A stretch of DNA of 64,000 nucleotides from the human T2T-CHM13v2.0 reference genome, Homo sapiens: assembly GCF_009914755.1 (NCBI RefSeq), contig NC_060929.1. One strand, 5' to 3'. The notes below the pieces were generated by a model, which worked only from the letters and a program-made list of their open reading frames with translations, had not been told where the DNA came from and did not search any database. Made by a program: the position numbers and the translations under genes. Below, one piece after another: positions 12,263-26,319 of this stretch; position 1 is the stretch's first letter; each line of letters opens with the position of its first letter.

Positions 12263-13764
12263 CCCCAAAAGTTGTATTGTTCATCCATAACTACGTCTTG
12301 AATAACACTCTAAACATAGAGCCCTGTATCAAAAAGAAAAATGGAAAAAATATTTTTGGACAGTAATCCCAAATCCTATATATAATCTTAGCTTATGAGA
12401 AGACAGTATAACAGTATTAAAGGTACAAATTAAATGTGGGGAAATTTCTTCAAATAACTATATTTAAAGTCAAATAAAACCATTTCCTCCTATAGAATGG
12501 ATCAAGAGAATTCACGAAACATTATGCAACTAGAAACTGTAAAACTCTGTCACAGAAATATATTCTTGGGAGACACAAACTAAAACATATTAAAATCTTC
12601 CCTTTTATAAAAAAGAAGTTAACAAATAACCATTTTTATAAAAGACAAGATACTGGGTAATGAAGAGAAATACTATACACAACATGTATGATCAGACAAC
12701 CATGATGACTGGACGTGATAACATGCTATCCCAAGTGGCTCACCAATTTCCATTCCTGTCCTGTCTTTGCTCCTTTTCCCACTGAATTACAGAAACATGA
12801 AATTTATCTTATCACTGGTCTTTCCTGATAACTTTTCTAAAGCATTCATAGAATGCTTTATTCATAGAAATTGTGCTCAGCACAATCCAGTGTGGTGGGC
12901 TGGAGGTAACAGGCAGTCCTGACAAGTAGGTGTGCTGGTGGCAGATTTTACAGAGTTGCAAAAGCACCAGGCACATTTTCAAGGCCCTTTTATCAGCCAG
13001 GCCAATTTCCCCACGTGATGCATTAGTTACCAGTTTAATCCAATACATGTGAAATGCATTAGAGCTGAGGGTCTATTGTTCCTAGTCGAGCAAGAGCAGT
13101 CAGCAGTCAGCAGCCAGCAGCAGGAGCAACTGCCTCCATGGCCACCTGGGTTGAAGAAGTAAGCAGATCAGACCCAAAGGGGTGGACTTCATAAGAGAGC
13201 ACCACTGAGACTCTCGTAGGTCACTTTTATGCTGCCAGTTGGCAGACTGGCATACAAAGTAAGAAAATTCCATCGTGCACAGATACACACGTTTTGTAGT
13301 AAATTGCTACACTTCTGAGGCATTCACTCCCAAGCACACTTTCAGCAGTCAATCTTGTCACCATAAACAAATCCCTTATAACCTAGAAACTATGCAAAGT
13401 ACTTTGGATAGAACAGTTTCTAAACAGGTTTCTTAGAGGATTTCTATAATGTACAACTGACTTTAAATGAAAAGTGTCATATTCAGAATGTGGCCGATAG
13501 AAATAGATCCCATTTGGAAGCAACTAGCATACAAAGCACAAATAAGAATTTGGGAATAACAGACAGTTGGCTTTACAGAGAGGTATACACTTTCCATAAC
13601 AGTTTTTTACATTAAGGGTTCTCAAGTGCTTTGAAGCATTAATTGATTCCATTCTCCCAACAGCCCCCGAAAAACACTTGGTCGAATTTAGGTTCATAAT
13701 TTCAAACACATCCTAAGAGGCAGCTAAAAATGAGTTTCTCAGTCCTTCTGCTTAAGAAGAAATA

Positions 13765-14000
13765 TATAGTATGGAGACAAGGTACTACAGTGATTAAGAA
13801 TTCAGATTCTGGATCCAGACTGCCTGGGTTTGAATTTCAACTTTGGTACTTACCAGCTGTGTTATATTGGGGAAGTCATTTGTCCCATCTGTAAGACGGG
13901 AATATTAACAGCATGTACATCACAGGGCCACTGTGAGAACTGACATAATGTATGTAAAGTACTTAGCGAGTTCCCAGCACACAGCAAGTACTCAAGTTTA
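13765..14000 (+). mobile_element. MIR SINE
   Basis: ccagactgcctgggtttgaat ... catctgtaagacggg ... aaagtacttagc. Confidence 0.8.
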
Positions 14001-14169
14001 GCTATGCTGTTGTTGGTGTTGCCATCACCACGACCACGTTCACCACCACTGTCTTCACCATCATCATTACCACCACCACCAAGACCACCATCATTTCAGA
14101 ACAGAGCTTAGGTTCTGAAGCCAGACTTGGCTTTTAACTCAGTTTACAAAACCAAACCTTCACAAAATA

Positions 14170-14950
14170 ATCTATCAAATGAGTAGGAGTATCTAGCAAG
14201 AATAAAAATCCAATTTTTTTCAACAAATAAATAGCAAGAGAGAGAGAAAACCACTGTTTCTGAAAACAGACTCAACCAATTACAATGCACAGCCCTCTTT
14301 TATATTCTGATTCAAACTATTAAAAATACATAACCATTTATCACACTTATGAAACAACATGGAATGTTAAAATTGACTGGATAAGCCAGGTATGGCGGAA
14401 TGCACCTGAAGTCTCATATACTTGGGAGGCCAAAACAAGAAGATTGCTTGAGCCCAGGATTTCAAGTCTGTAGTATGCTACGATTGTGCCTGTGAATAGT
14501 CACTGTACTCTAGCCTGAGCAACATAGTGAGAACCAATCTCCTTTAAAAAATTGATTTGATATTTGATAATATTATAGGAATTATTAAACGTTCCACTAG
14601 ATAATAGGATTATGGTTTTTTAAAAAATAAAAAAAAGGCTAATCTAAGTTCAATATCATAATCACTACCCACATGAGGCTATCTAAACTTTAATTAAACA
14701 AGAGTAAAAATTTAGGTCCACAGTCTCACTAGTCATATTTCAAGTACTCAACATCTACATGTGGCTCAAGTCCTGTCCTTACAGAAAATTCTGTAGGACA
14801 TCCCTGGGCTAGAAATACACACTTACTAGAACATTAATTTACAATGACCAGGATTTGCTTCAAAATAAAATAGGAATGAGAGAAGCAGATGGAGATGTGG
14901 ATGAGGCAAGACTGGTTTATAGTGTTTGTTGTACATGGGGGTTCACTGAC
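14170..14950 (+). mobile_element. Old L1M 3' fragment carrying nested FAM and MER3/MER33-like inserts
   Basis: L1M 3'UTR-like motifs such as ggatttgcttcaaaata and tacatgggggttcact. Confidence 0.5.
14384..14550 (+). mobile_element. FAM (fossil Alu monomer)
   Basis: Diagnostic tgcctgtgaatagtcactgtactctagcctg. Degenerate TSD aaaattgactggata / aaaattgatttgata. Confidence 0.8.
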
Positions 14951-14954
14951 CAAC

Positions 14955-15337
14955 TCTGATAACAGTTTTAAGTGAACTTGGTTAGGCTATGCTCCTCAGT
15001 TATTCAATCAAACACTAAGTGTTTCTGTGAAGATACTATGTAGGTGTGATTGAAGTCTATAAGCTGTTTACGAGATTATCCTAGACAATTTGGGTGGGTC
15101 AGATTCAATCCATTACAAGGCCTGAAGGGCAGAATTGAGGCTTCTGGGAGAAGAAATTCTGCCTGTGTCCGCAGCTCAGCTCCTGTCCAGGAGTCCCAGG
15201 CTGCCCTCCCGAGGTGCTGCCCTATGGAAGTCAGACTCACTGGCAAGCCCACACAATCACAGAAGCCAAGGACTTACAATGAAACTGAATATATAGCACC
15301 TACTGGTTCTCTTTCTCTGGTAGAAGTAGACTGTACA
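14955..15337 (+). mobile_element. MLT2-type ERVL LTR
   Basis: aacttggttaggctat ... cagttattcaatcaaacact ... tactggttctctttctctgg. Confidence 0.75.
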
Positions 15338-16228
15338 GTACAGAAAGAGACTGGAGTGCTTGACTTTTATTTAAGAATGTCTATTTTACAAAGCCACTGT
15401 GACAAACAACTATAAATATCTTAACATAGTGCCTGCCACATAAGAAGTCTCAATAAATGGTAACTATATTATTTCCTCATTTATACCAATATAATCTTAT
15501 TTTGCCAAAATTTACAATTCCTGAGACACAAGGCACTCACATATTATAATGACTTGGTATTACTCTTTTCATTTCAATCTTGCCTATCTGGCACAGCCTG
15601 ACCACAGGCTCCCTTTGGGGCATGGCTGAAATGGCCCACAGCATGTCCAGAGTTGGCCCCCAAGCATAGATTCTTGAATTAAAACTGAGTTGAATCAAAT
15701 TAAATTGACACATACACAAAAAATCCACAACTGAGAAAAAAGTTTTATGCAATTACATTTGTAAGTCTTCAACCTAAATATGAAATAATAGGGAACTGAC
15801 TATATAAAATTGTAGTAAATATGGATAATAGATATACAGTGGCTGTTACATACCATGTTTGAACACATATTTAATGACACTTAGATATGCTGAAGATATG
15901 TTAATTTTTTAAAGTAGGCTGCAGTATTCTGTAAGATCTCTTTAAAAAAAAAGATACATTAGACTAGAAGGAAATATACAAAAATGTTAACCATGGTTGT
16001 CCCTGGGTACTGAGATTGTAGAATAATTTTTTATTACTGGATTGCAATATATTATTTATACAATGAAATGTACAAATCTTAAGAATACAGTTTGGTGAGT
16101 TTCAATTCACCATCACCACAGAATGTTACCTAATGCCCTTTTACAGGGAGGGCATGTGTGTGTACGTGTGTGTGTTTATGTGTGCACACGCATGCAGTGT
16201 TGTAGGATGTGCACAATGCTACAGGATG

Positions 16229-16243
16229 CATATATATATATAC

Positions 16244-16294
<51 letters not shown>
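16229..16294. repeat. (TA)n(CA)n microsatellite
   Basis: Seen directly. Confidence 0.95.
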
Positions 16295-16628
16295 TAAAGC
16301 CCCAGCAACCTGGGATGATTTTTATTTTCTTGTTATACTACTACATTTTCCAAATTTTCCAATATAAACACCTATGTATTTTATAATTTAGGTAGTTTTG
16401 ATATTTTTTAATTTTTAAAATAGTGAGTTGAAATGGGATATAGTTAATTGATTTCACTGACAAGGACAAGGCAGATCAATGCATTAATGTAATAGTCTTA
16501 GATTACTAGAAAGACTAAGAACAAGACTGTTAGCCACACACTCCACAATTATTTTTGCTGTTTCCAAGACTGCCATCGTTTTGGGATGCCACATCATTTA
16601 TTCACAAAGACATAACCATATGTTGTAA

Positions 16629-16995
<367 letters not shown>

Positions 16996-19329
16996 TGTAT
17001 GCTCTTACCTAACAAAAGAAACCAAAAGTGAAAGAACTAATAAAATGCCTAGAGGTTACAAAAAACTGACAGAAGTCAAACTGTGAGTATAGATCATTCT
17101 GGTTCTCACCAAAAACGTTAGCCCCAGTAGTTCATAAACAGAAACATGGCAACCATAGACCACACTGCAGAAATGTACAAGACTATCAACCCTTTGTAAT
17201 GTTGTTTTATAGTCATAACCTAAAATAACTAAAACTAGGCTTCAGTAAAACAGAATTTGCATTTCATTATTTCCTTATTTCAGCAGTCAATACAAGTTTT
17301 AGCCACAGAAATCCCCTCAAGCTTTTTGGGCAATGGCTTTGAAAGAGGTGCTGCATGTCTACATGGTTTCTTAAGTCCCCAGTGCTCATTACAGCTTTCT
17401 GAACACCCAGGAGAAGGATCTGGGAGTAGGTGCCCAATATTTAGCATTTTGACAGTTAGAGTCCAAACAGCCAGCTGTATATCTGACCCTAAAAGCCAAT
17501 AAACCAACTGTGTCCTGAACCACAACAGTGCTCAGTGTGCTAAGATCTACACAAAATTCTGTGAGGAAACAGCAAATGTCAAAGCATCTGAAAGCTATAA
17601 GCAGTATCAGCTAACCACAAAAGTGGGCTACAATAACCAATGGATGGATGCACGCACACACACATGCACACACATGCATTTTCAGAATGTGATCCATTAG
17701 GGGATCCATGAGGTCAAAACTATGCTTGTAATAATACCAAGAAGTTATGTGCCTGTTTCACTGTGTTGACATTTGCACTGATGGTGGAAAGCAATGGTAG
17801 TTAAAAAGATAAGGAAAATGCAGTAGAATTAGGTTGAATTTTAAATAACTGAGGAACATGCTGGCAATTCCCCAGTGTTGATCATTCATATCTGCTCACT
17901 AAAATGCAGAACTTAGGCTAGTGCTCACATTTTAATTACAGGTTTTTTCACTCCCCCACAATTCCATATACTATGGGCATGACTTTCCAAGCATCTCAGA
18001 GCCACAACATGGACTCACCTAAGAACACACGGTTGCTGAGTTTGTATGAAAACATGCTTTTAGATGTTCATGCAGCTTTTAATTATTCACCCGGTAACAG
18101 AATTCTCTTCTTCCTCCCTTTCACTGTCTGAGCTTTGGGCTTCCCTTTAGAACATAATTGAATATTTGTGGAATACAGCAGTGAGAAAGAATGTGAACTA
18201 GTGGAAAATTAGAGAAAAGTTTAAGTCAAGCACCTGAGCAGCCACAGTAAAGGGGCATCCCCTGTGTCTTCCAGCACTCTAAAGACAAAGCTTCAGCATT
18301 ACCACTCTCCGGTCCAGCTACCCAGCCACAGGGGCCCTGTCTCGACCCCTCCAATACACCCAACCTATTGCTCACTGCCAGATCCATCCTCCCAGGACCC
18401 AATCCTCACATCCTTCCTCTACGGGAAACCTTCAAAGGCTCCCTACTGCTTACCATATCTGCACTGTTTAGGTTAGCATTTGAGCTTCTCTACTATGTGG
18501 CTCAATTCCTCAGTCTATGTTTATCTCCAACCTGCCTCCACTCCAGTCAAACTCAAATGCTCAAGATAAGCCAACATGTGCCCTACCTATTACACTTTTC
18601 TCTATGTCACTCCCTCCACCTGAATTGCCTATCCTCACTCCATAGTCTCTGCCAGTTGAAGTCCGTACCCAGCTTTCAAAGTCCTCCTCAAGTCTTCTCC
18701 TTCATGAAACCATCTGCGACACCTCCACCTTTGTCCATTTACCACATCATGCCTGTATTAAAGTTATGCAGTATATATGATTTTTCCTAGTAGCCTATAA
18801 ACCTCTCAAAAGCCATGGCTTTTTATTTCTTTGTATCTCCAAGAACACAGTCCTCAAATTTCTAAATAATCATTTTCAGATATGATAAATAATAACGTAG
18901 CCAAAACCTACTTTATGGGAAGCCATTTTGTTAGAAAGTTCGATTTTAAAACACAGTAATTCTGAATGTTTCTAGTTGCAGACAAAACCTAAAGCATCTG
19001 GGAAGTCCCCTGAATCACACTGCAGGGGAAGGGGAAACTCACATAGGGAAGCAGGTGGGGGAGGGGTGAGCTCACGGCAAATCTGCAAAGTAAGGCACTT
19101 CAGGGTGAGGAATGTGATCAGACACTAATGAAGTATTCAGGTGTTTTATGGAGAGAGAAAACGAACCTCAACAGTAAACTCCCAAATATCTGTTAGGGAT
19201 TCCATATGTCCACTCAGAACCACATATGTGCAAATCAAAACTGTGTTTCAAGGAATTCCCAAACAAGCTATTTATTTATTCCTTGTACAAAATCTCACTA
19301 GAGCCCATCCCATTCAATACTGTTACTAC

Positions 19330-20300
19330 GCACAATGTTGACACCAAATACTAGGCTTGATGCTGAGGAGTTTCAAATGAAGAAGACATGACTAAGACAG
19401 GGTTCAAATCATCAAGGGCTCTGGGGAGACAATGTACAGAGAATTCTGGGAAATAACTGGAAGTAAAAAGGAGAATGCAGAGCACAGACTGTCATGGACC
19501 CAACAGAGAGGAAACTCCCAGGAAAGTAGGAGTAGCCACAACTTCAAATGACACCGCAGAGGACAAATCTGGCATCGGAAGGTTGGTGATGACACAGAGG
19601 GGACAGTTTCAGTAGACTGGCAGGTGTGAGTGCCAGACAGAAAACAGTTTAAAAATGTTGAAGTCTGTCAAAATGGGAAAAGGGGGAATAAGGACATCAT
19701 TTTACAGGTATGCAGAGGTCAAGAAAGTATACTTTTTTTTTTAGGATAGGAGACTTGAGCAAAGTCCCCTGGTACAGGAAGACAGGGCTCAGATAACCAA
19801 CTGGAGAAGTGAACCTTGGAAAGAGGCAGGGCCTCTGCACTGAGACAAGGGCAAGAATAGAGGTGAAGGGAAGGAGGTGCAAAGAGTTTGTGCAGCATTG
19901 CCTGTAGATCATTTGCTGAGACCGAGGAGGAGTGGGAAGACCAGGATACCAGGGAGCTTAAAAGCCTATAACAGCTGCTATAGGGACAAACAGAGAGCTG
20001 CCTAAGAATGAGTGAGAGTACTGCCATGCAGATTTGAGTTTCGGAATGAGACTGAAAAATTATGCTGACACTGTTAGATGATTTTCTTTAGCAGTAATGA
20101 GATCAAAGCAGCAGAGAATGTAAATGGATTCACATTCAGCACAAGAGACGCCCACCATGGGTGTGGTGAGAAAAAGAAAGACACTGAAGGAGATGTCCAG
20201 AACAACATGGGGTCCAAAATGGCATGGAAAAGATAAATGAAACCTAGAGGAAGCTGATAGTGGGAAAACAGGCAGAGAGGGTGACATTTATGGACAGGAC
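19330..20300 (-). mobile_element. L2 fragments
   Basis: Purine-rich reverse L2-like sequence, e.g. ttggtgatgacacagaggggacagtttcagtag. Confidence 0.45.
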
Positions 20301-20483
20301 AGAAAGTTCTGGTCAAAGAGGAATGATGAGTTAAAAAATCTTGCAAAGCAAAACAAGTTCCAGGTGATGACATGGCCCAAAGTTAGGCCATGTGAACAAA
20401 CTGCTATAAAAAGTAGTGGCAAAGATCATAGGGGCGAAGACGACGACAGTGTGAAGGATGGGAGACAGCATGGTGTAGAACAG

Positions 20484-20685
20484 CATTGCCCAACCGAACT
20501 GTTGCCATGACAGAAATATTCTGTAACATGCAGTCCAATAGAGCAGCCGCTAGCCACACATGTCTACAGAGTACTTGAAAAGTGTCAGGTATGACTGAGG
20601 GACTCAATCTTTATATATTTTAATTTTAATTCATTTGTTTAAATACGCATATGTGGCTAGAAGCTACCATGCTAAATAGTACAGA
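20484..20685. mobile_element. MER3-like hAT MITE
   Basis: cagcattgcccaa ... gctagccacaca ... atgtggctag ... agtacag. Confidence 0.75.
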
Positions 20686-20692
20686 TGTAGAA

Positions 20693-22136
20693 CAATGGTT
20701 CTCAACTTTAACTGCACAATGGAATTACCTCAGAAGGCTTAAAAAATACAGCTAAGGTCTCACTCCCCAGAAATCCTGACTTTAATTAGTTGGGCATGTC
20801 CTAGGCACAAGCATCTTTTTTTGATACATAATAGCTGTACACATGTATGGGGGACATGTGCTATTTTGCAACATGCATAAAATGTGTAATGATCAAGTCA
20901 AGGTATTTAGGATATTCATCACCTCGAGGATTTATCATTTCTGTTCTGAATATTACAACTCATCTCTTCTAGCTATTTTGAAATATACAGCACAATTGTT
21001 AACTAAAGTCACCCTACTATGCTATTGAACATTAGAAGTTACTCCTTCCATCCAACTGCATGTTTGTACCCATTAACCTATCTCTCTTCATTCCCTGCAA
21101 GCTCCAAATACACCATACTGGGCCTCCAGTATCTAACATTCTACTCTCTACTTTCATGAGACCAACTTTTTTAGCTCCCACATGAGTCAGAACATGTGGT
21201 ATCTTTCTGTGCCTGACTTACTTCACTCAGTGACCTCCAGCTCCATCCATGATGCTGCAATTGACAGGATTTCATTCTTTTTTATAGCTGAATAGTATTC
21301 TATTGTTTATACATACCACATTTTCTCTATCCATTCATCCATTAGTGGACACTTAGGATGATTCTCTATCTTTGCTATTGTGACTAATTCAGCGCTGCAA
21401 TAAACAGAGAGATACACATATCCTTCTGGTATACTGATCGCCTTTCTTTTGGATAAATATCCAGTAGTGGGACTGCTAGATCATATGGTAGTTCTATTTT
21501 TAGTCACTTGAGAAATCTCCAAGGAAGAGAAAAATCTCCAAGGAACTAGAAAAACAAGAACAAACGAAACCCAAAATGAGTCGAAGGAAAGATATAATAA
21601 AGATCAGAGCAGAAATAAATGAAATTGAGACTAGAAAATACAAGGAGCAATGAAATGAGAAGTTGGTTTTTTAAAAAGGTAAACAAAATCAATAAACTGC
21701 TAGCTAAGCCAACCAAGAAATAATATGCAAATAAAATCAGAAACAGAAAAGGAGACATTACAACTGATAGCACAGAAATACAAAGATCATCAGAGACTAT
21801 TATGAACAATAATAAGCTAACAAACCGGAAAACCTAGAGGAACTGGATAAATTCCTGGACACGTACAACCCGCCAAGACTGACGTACGAAGAAATAAGAA
21901 CTTGAACAGACTAATAACAAGTAATGAGATTAGATCAGAAATAAAAAATCTTCCAACAAAGAAAAGCCCAGGCCTGGATGGTTTTACTGCCAAATTCTAA
22001 TAAGCTTATGAAGAACAACTAACACCAATTCTAAAACTATTTCAAAAACCTGAAGAGGAGGGAATTCTTCCTAACTCAGTCTATGAAGCCAGCATTACGC
22101 TGATGCCAAAACCAGACAAGGACCCAGCAACAAAAA

Positions 22137-22167
<31 letters not shown>

Positions 22168-24482
22168 AAACTGTAGGCCTATATCCCTGATGAACATAGG
22201 TGTGAAAATCCCGAACAAAAGACTAAAAATCCAAATCCAGCAACATATCAAAAAAATAACATGTCATGATCAACTGGGGGGATTTCTCCTAGGCATGCAA
22301 GGATGAGTCAATAAACGCAAATCAATAAATGTGATACGTTCCATCAACAGAATGAAAGAAAAGAACCATAAGATCATCTTGGTAGATGCAGAGAAAGCAT
22401 TTGATAAAATGTAACATTCTTTTATGATAAAAACTCTCAACAAACTAGGCATAGAAGAAAGACACCTCAACATAATAACGGCCATGTATGACAGACCCAC
22501 AGCTAACATCATACTGAATGGGGAAAAGCTGAAAGCTATCTTTTTAAAAAAAACACTTTCTCATTTCATTGGTCCTTGTATTTTCTAGTCTCAATTTCAT
22601 TTACTTCTGCTCTGATCTTTCTTTCCTTCGACTCATTTTGGGTTCGGTTTGTTCTTGCTTTTCTAGTTCCTTGAAATACATCATTAGGTTATATGAAATA
22701 TTTCTACTTTTTTGATGTGGGTGTTTATTGCTATAAGCTTCCCTCTTAGCACTGCTTTTGCTGTACCCATAGGTTTTGGTATGTCAAGTTTGAAGAACTT
22801 TTTAAATTTCCTTCTTAATTTCCCCACTGACCCAATGGTCACTCAGGAGCATGTTCTTCAATTTCCATGTATTTGTAGCATTTCCAAAGCTCCTCATGTT
22901 ATTGATTTCTGGCTTTATTCCATTGTGGTCTAAGAAGATATATGATATAATTGCATTTTTAAAAAAATTTGTTGGGACTTCTTTTGTTCAGGATAGACTA
23001 TATGTGAAGCCACAAAAGAATCAGTCTATATCTTAAGTGGAATATTCAATCTGTTTATATTCAAGGTTATTATTAATGTGTGAGAATTTATTCCTGTTGT
23101 TTTGTTGTTTTCCGTTTTGTATATCTTTTATTCCTTTCTTCCTTTCTTATTATTATCACAGTTTGGTGGTTTTCTGTAGTGGTAGCAGCTGTAGTTGTAG
23201 TTGTTAAATCCTTTGTATTGTTGATGTGTGTTATATCTCACCAACCTTCTTCAATATCACTACATTGAATACTCTTTAAAGCATTTCATAGATTTTCATA
23301 GGAATCTGTTGTGGAGAATTCTTCTGTTCCTTTGGAGGGGTCCTGTTTCCTTGCTTTTCCATGTTAATTGTATTCTTATGTTGACATCTGCACACCTACA
23401 GTAACAGCTTCTTCTTCCAATTCTTTGGATTGGCTTTCATAGGGAAGGCTTTTTTCCTACAGATGTATCTATAGTGTTGGTTAGGTAAGGTATTATACTT
23501 TGGCTTTGATTCTGGATACATACAGCAGTGTAGTGCCCATATGTTTACTTCAGCAGTAATCAGCAGCAGTAATGTCTGATTCCTCAGTGGCTTAGGCTGT
23601 TATTAGTGAAGACTATGGTAAGGCCTTGCTGGGGACAAGGACACCAGCTAGACCAGTCCTCAGGCCTCAGCAGTGGCAGCAGTGAACCAAGCATGCCTGT
23701 TGGCATGCTTGAACCAAGCAGTGTACCAAGCATGTCTTTGGACACCTGGGTGGCATATGCAGGCACTAGTGTTAGTGGGTCCAAGCAAGCTGATTCTTGG
23801 GCCTCCAGGCAACTTGCTTGGGTGCCGGCAGTGGCGGGCTGAGCAGGCCCTCAGGGCACTGGGCAGTGTGCATGACATGGACAATGGAAGCAGTGGTGGT
23901 AGAACAACACTTGGCTTCCAGACAGCATGTGCTGAGGTTAGTGGTGGTGGTGATGAGCTGAGCAGGCCAGTCCCCAGGCAGCACAGGTAGGTGGGTAGCG
24001 TTGGTGGGGGTGGGGATGGTAGGCTCGGTGGGCCCATTTTCAGACCTGTGGGAGGTGTGTACAAATCCCAGCAGTGGTACACATGGCAGGGTTATCCCCA
24101 GGTTTCCAAGAGGTATAATTAGGCAACAGAGAGGTCTGTTTCAGGTGGGGCAGGCCTGTCTTCAGGCCCTGATAGTTTGCATGGGTATAGGCTGTGGTGG
24201 GTGGAGTGGGGAATCCTTGGGTCCCCAAACAGCACACTTGGGTGCTAGCAGCAGACAGGCTGGATCTTTTGTGAGGCATCCTGATGGTGCACACACATGC
24301 CTAGGACAACAGATGGGACAAGGCAATCCCGAGGCCCCTGCATAGTTGTGTTTGGGCACTGGGAGAGGTGGCACCAGGTAATGCAGGCCTGTTCTCAGGA
24401 GCCCCCAGTCATGTACACGGCAGCAGGCTGTGGGCATCAGCATTTTTTAAAGTTTCCAGACACAGGCAACTTTGAAAACCAT
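20693..24482. mobile_element. MER5-like MITE split by the L1MA insertion (halves ~20693-20819 and ~24433-24482)
   Basis: Left end caatggttctcaac, right end tttgaaaaccat. The halves are joined by the L1 TSD. Confidence 0.6.
20820..24432 (-). mobile_element. L1MA element (L1MA4/5-like 3' end), internally deleted, with an inverted ORF2 segment at ~21532-22536
   Basis: Reverse L1 3' end 20820-21520; sense ORF2 fragment (PKPDKD ... RPISLMN) 21532-22536; reverse ORF2/ORF1/GC-rich 5'UTR 22537-24432. Degenerate TSD ggcacaagcatctttt / ggcatcagcatttttt. Confidence 0.85.
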
Positions 24483-24489
24483 ATATGTA

Positions 24490-24690
24490 GTAAAGAGCAT
24501 GGACTCTGAAACCAGATGAGTTCAAAACCTAGACTTGATTTTGAGTTGTCTGACTTTGAGCAAATAACCTCATCTGCAAAACAAAGATAGTAAGAGTACT
24601 AACCCCACAGGGGCTATTCTGAGCATTGATGTGTATACAAAGGTGCTTTATAATAGTGCCTGGCACATAAGAACTCATTATACGTTCCTC
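24490..24690 (+). mobile_element. MIR SINE
   Basis: aagagcatggactctgaaaccaga ... ctcatctgcaaaa ... agtgcctggcacata. Confidence 0.8.
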
Positions 24691-26319
24691 ATCATTATTC
24701 CAAGTGGATGTTGGAGAGTTGCTAAGGCTTATGACAGCTACAGGGGAAAACAATGGGTATGACTCGCCAAAGGCCTAAATCTATGTTGAGGTGGGAGCTA
24801 GAAGTCAAAAATTAACAAAGTTGAGTGTATGGACAAAGTAAAATAATGCAATAAGTAATAAAGGGAAAATAAACAACCTGGAACAGATAGTGATAAGACA
24901 AGAAAATATAGACTCAGCTCTCCGGCAACACTGCAGATAGGCATAGAAAAATGAGGGAAGCTCTGTGGTAAGGAGAAAGTCAAAATTTAGTTAGATAAGG
25001 AAGGGTGTGGAGGAATCATTACTTCAGTTTTATACAACCCCCACCTTACCTCGCTTCCAAAATTTAACATAAGTTATCAGTCGAGTAATGTTTTTCTGTG
25101 TTTCCCCATGCCATCTAGCTCCCCATTTACAAACACCATCCAGAAAAGATTTTTCATGAATGAAAATAGCATTTTTGAATCTGGATTCCACAGTAATAGT
25201 CATTTCTCCACAGATTAACAGTATATACTTTATGATTCACAATTGATCTAGTTCAAACCTGGCTTAATTGATGTTGTAGTCTTTGCAAACCATATGCCAA
25301 GACTCTACTAGAAAACCTATTTAATTTGCATTTTAACTACATCTTTTATTAGTCTCAGAGAGCATTAATAGCATTAATAATGACAGTATGCTACATTTAT
25401 GTGTAACTCTGGAAAGAAGTATTTTATCTGATTTTTTTTAAAGTTGCCAAAATAAACAAAAGGAGGAAGGGGGAAAAAAATTGAAATAGGACCAGAAAAA
25501 GGCAGGAGGAATGAAAATCTGACCAACAAATGCCTTAGGTTGCAGTTTTGTTGTTTCTCTAAAATTTCACATAAAGACATGAACACAGATTTATACTCAA
25601 ATTTCATTTGTCACTACCAAATATAATCTATTTCATTAACTTGCAAAATAAAATACATGATAAAGTATTCTCACTTACTTGGAACTTGTAAACCACTAGA
25701 AACCGAAAGCTATTTCAAAGATAGTTTCTATGCAACTAAAATGGTTGAAATTAAGCAATGCAGTGCATGCAGATCAAGGGTTTCAGATGAATCCACTATC
25801 TTCAGATTTTTACCAAAATAATTTTTTAAATTAAGTATGAAATTTCTTCACAGACTAAAGATCCTTCTCATGAGAAAAAGAAACACCTATAACCTCCTTT
25901 CCACAAACATGTTTCACACTTCAAAATGAGGTTTCACAGGCTTCTGGAGCGCTAAATGTGTTTATCTATCAGCACAAGTTGAGTTTCACAGTTGGAACAC
26001 AATTTCCAATATGATGAGTTCATTTCTGGTTCCTCATTAGAAGTGAGGTTTGAGACCACTAAGAATGTGGAAAACAATACTCTTCCGAACCCTCTCCCGA
26101 TACAACCACAAACTCTGCAGGAACTATGTTTTGCCGAAGAACACCACCCATGGAGAATTCCACTCCTTCACCTCTTCTCCCTCAGTGATCCCCCAGGGAT
26201 GCTCTTCTTAGAGATATACTGAGAGATCTTAGAGCTGGAAACAAAGCCATAACAAATACACATTCTATTTGCTTTTACTGCCTCAGAGAATCCTTACTTT
26301 TCTACTTTTAAAAAGGTTG

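Noticed and set aside
23584-24509. Cluster of overlapping ORFs in a GC-rich stretch
   Set aside because: It lies in the GC-rich 5'UTR of the L1MA, where stop codons are scarce.
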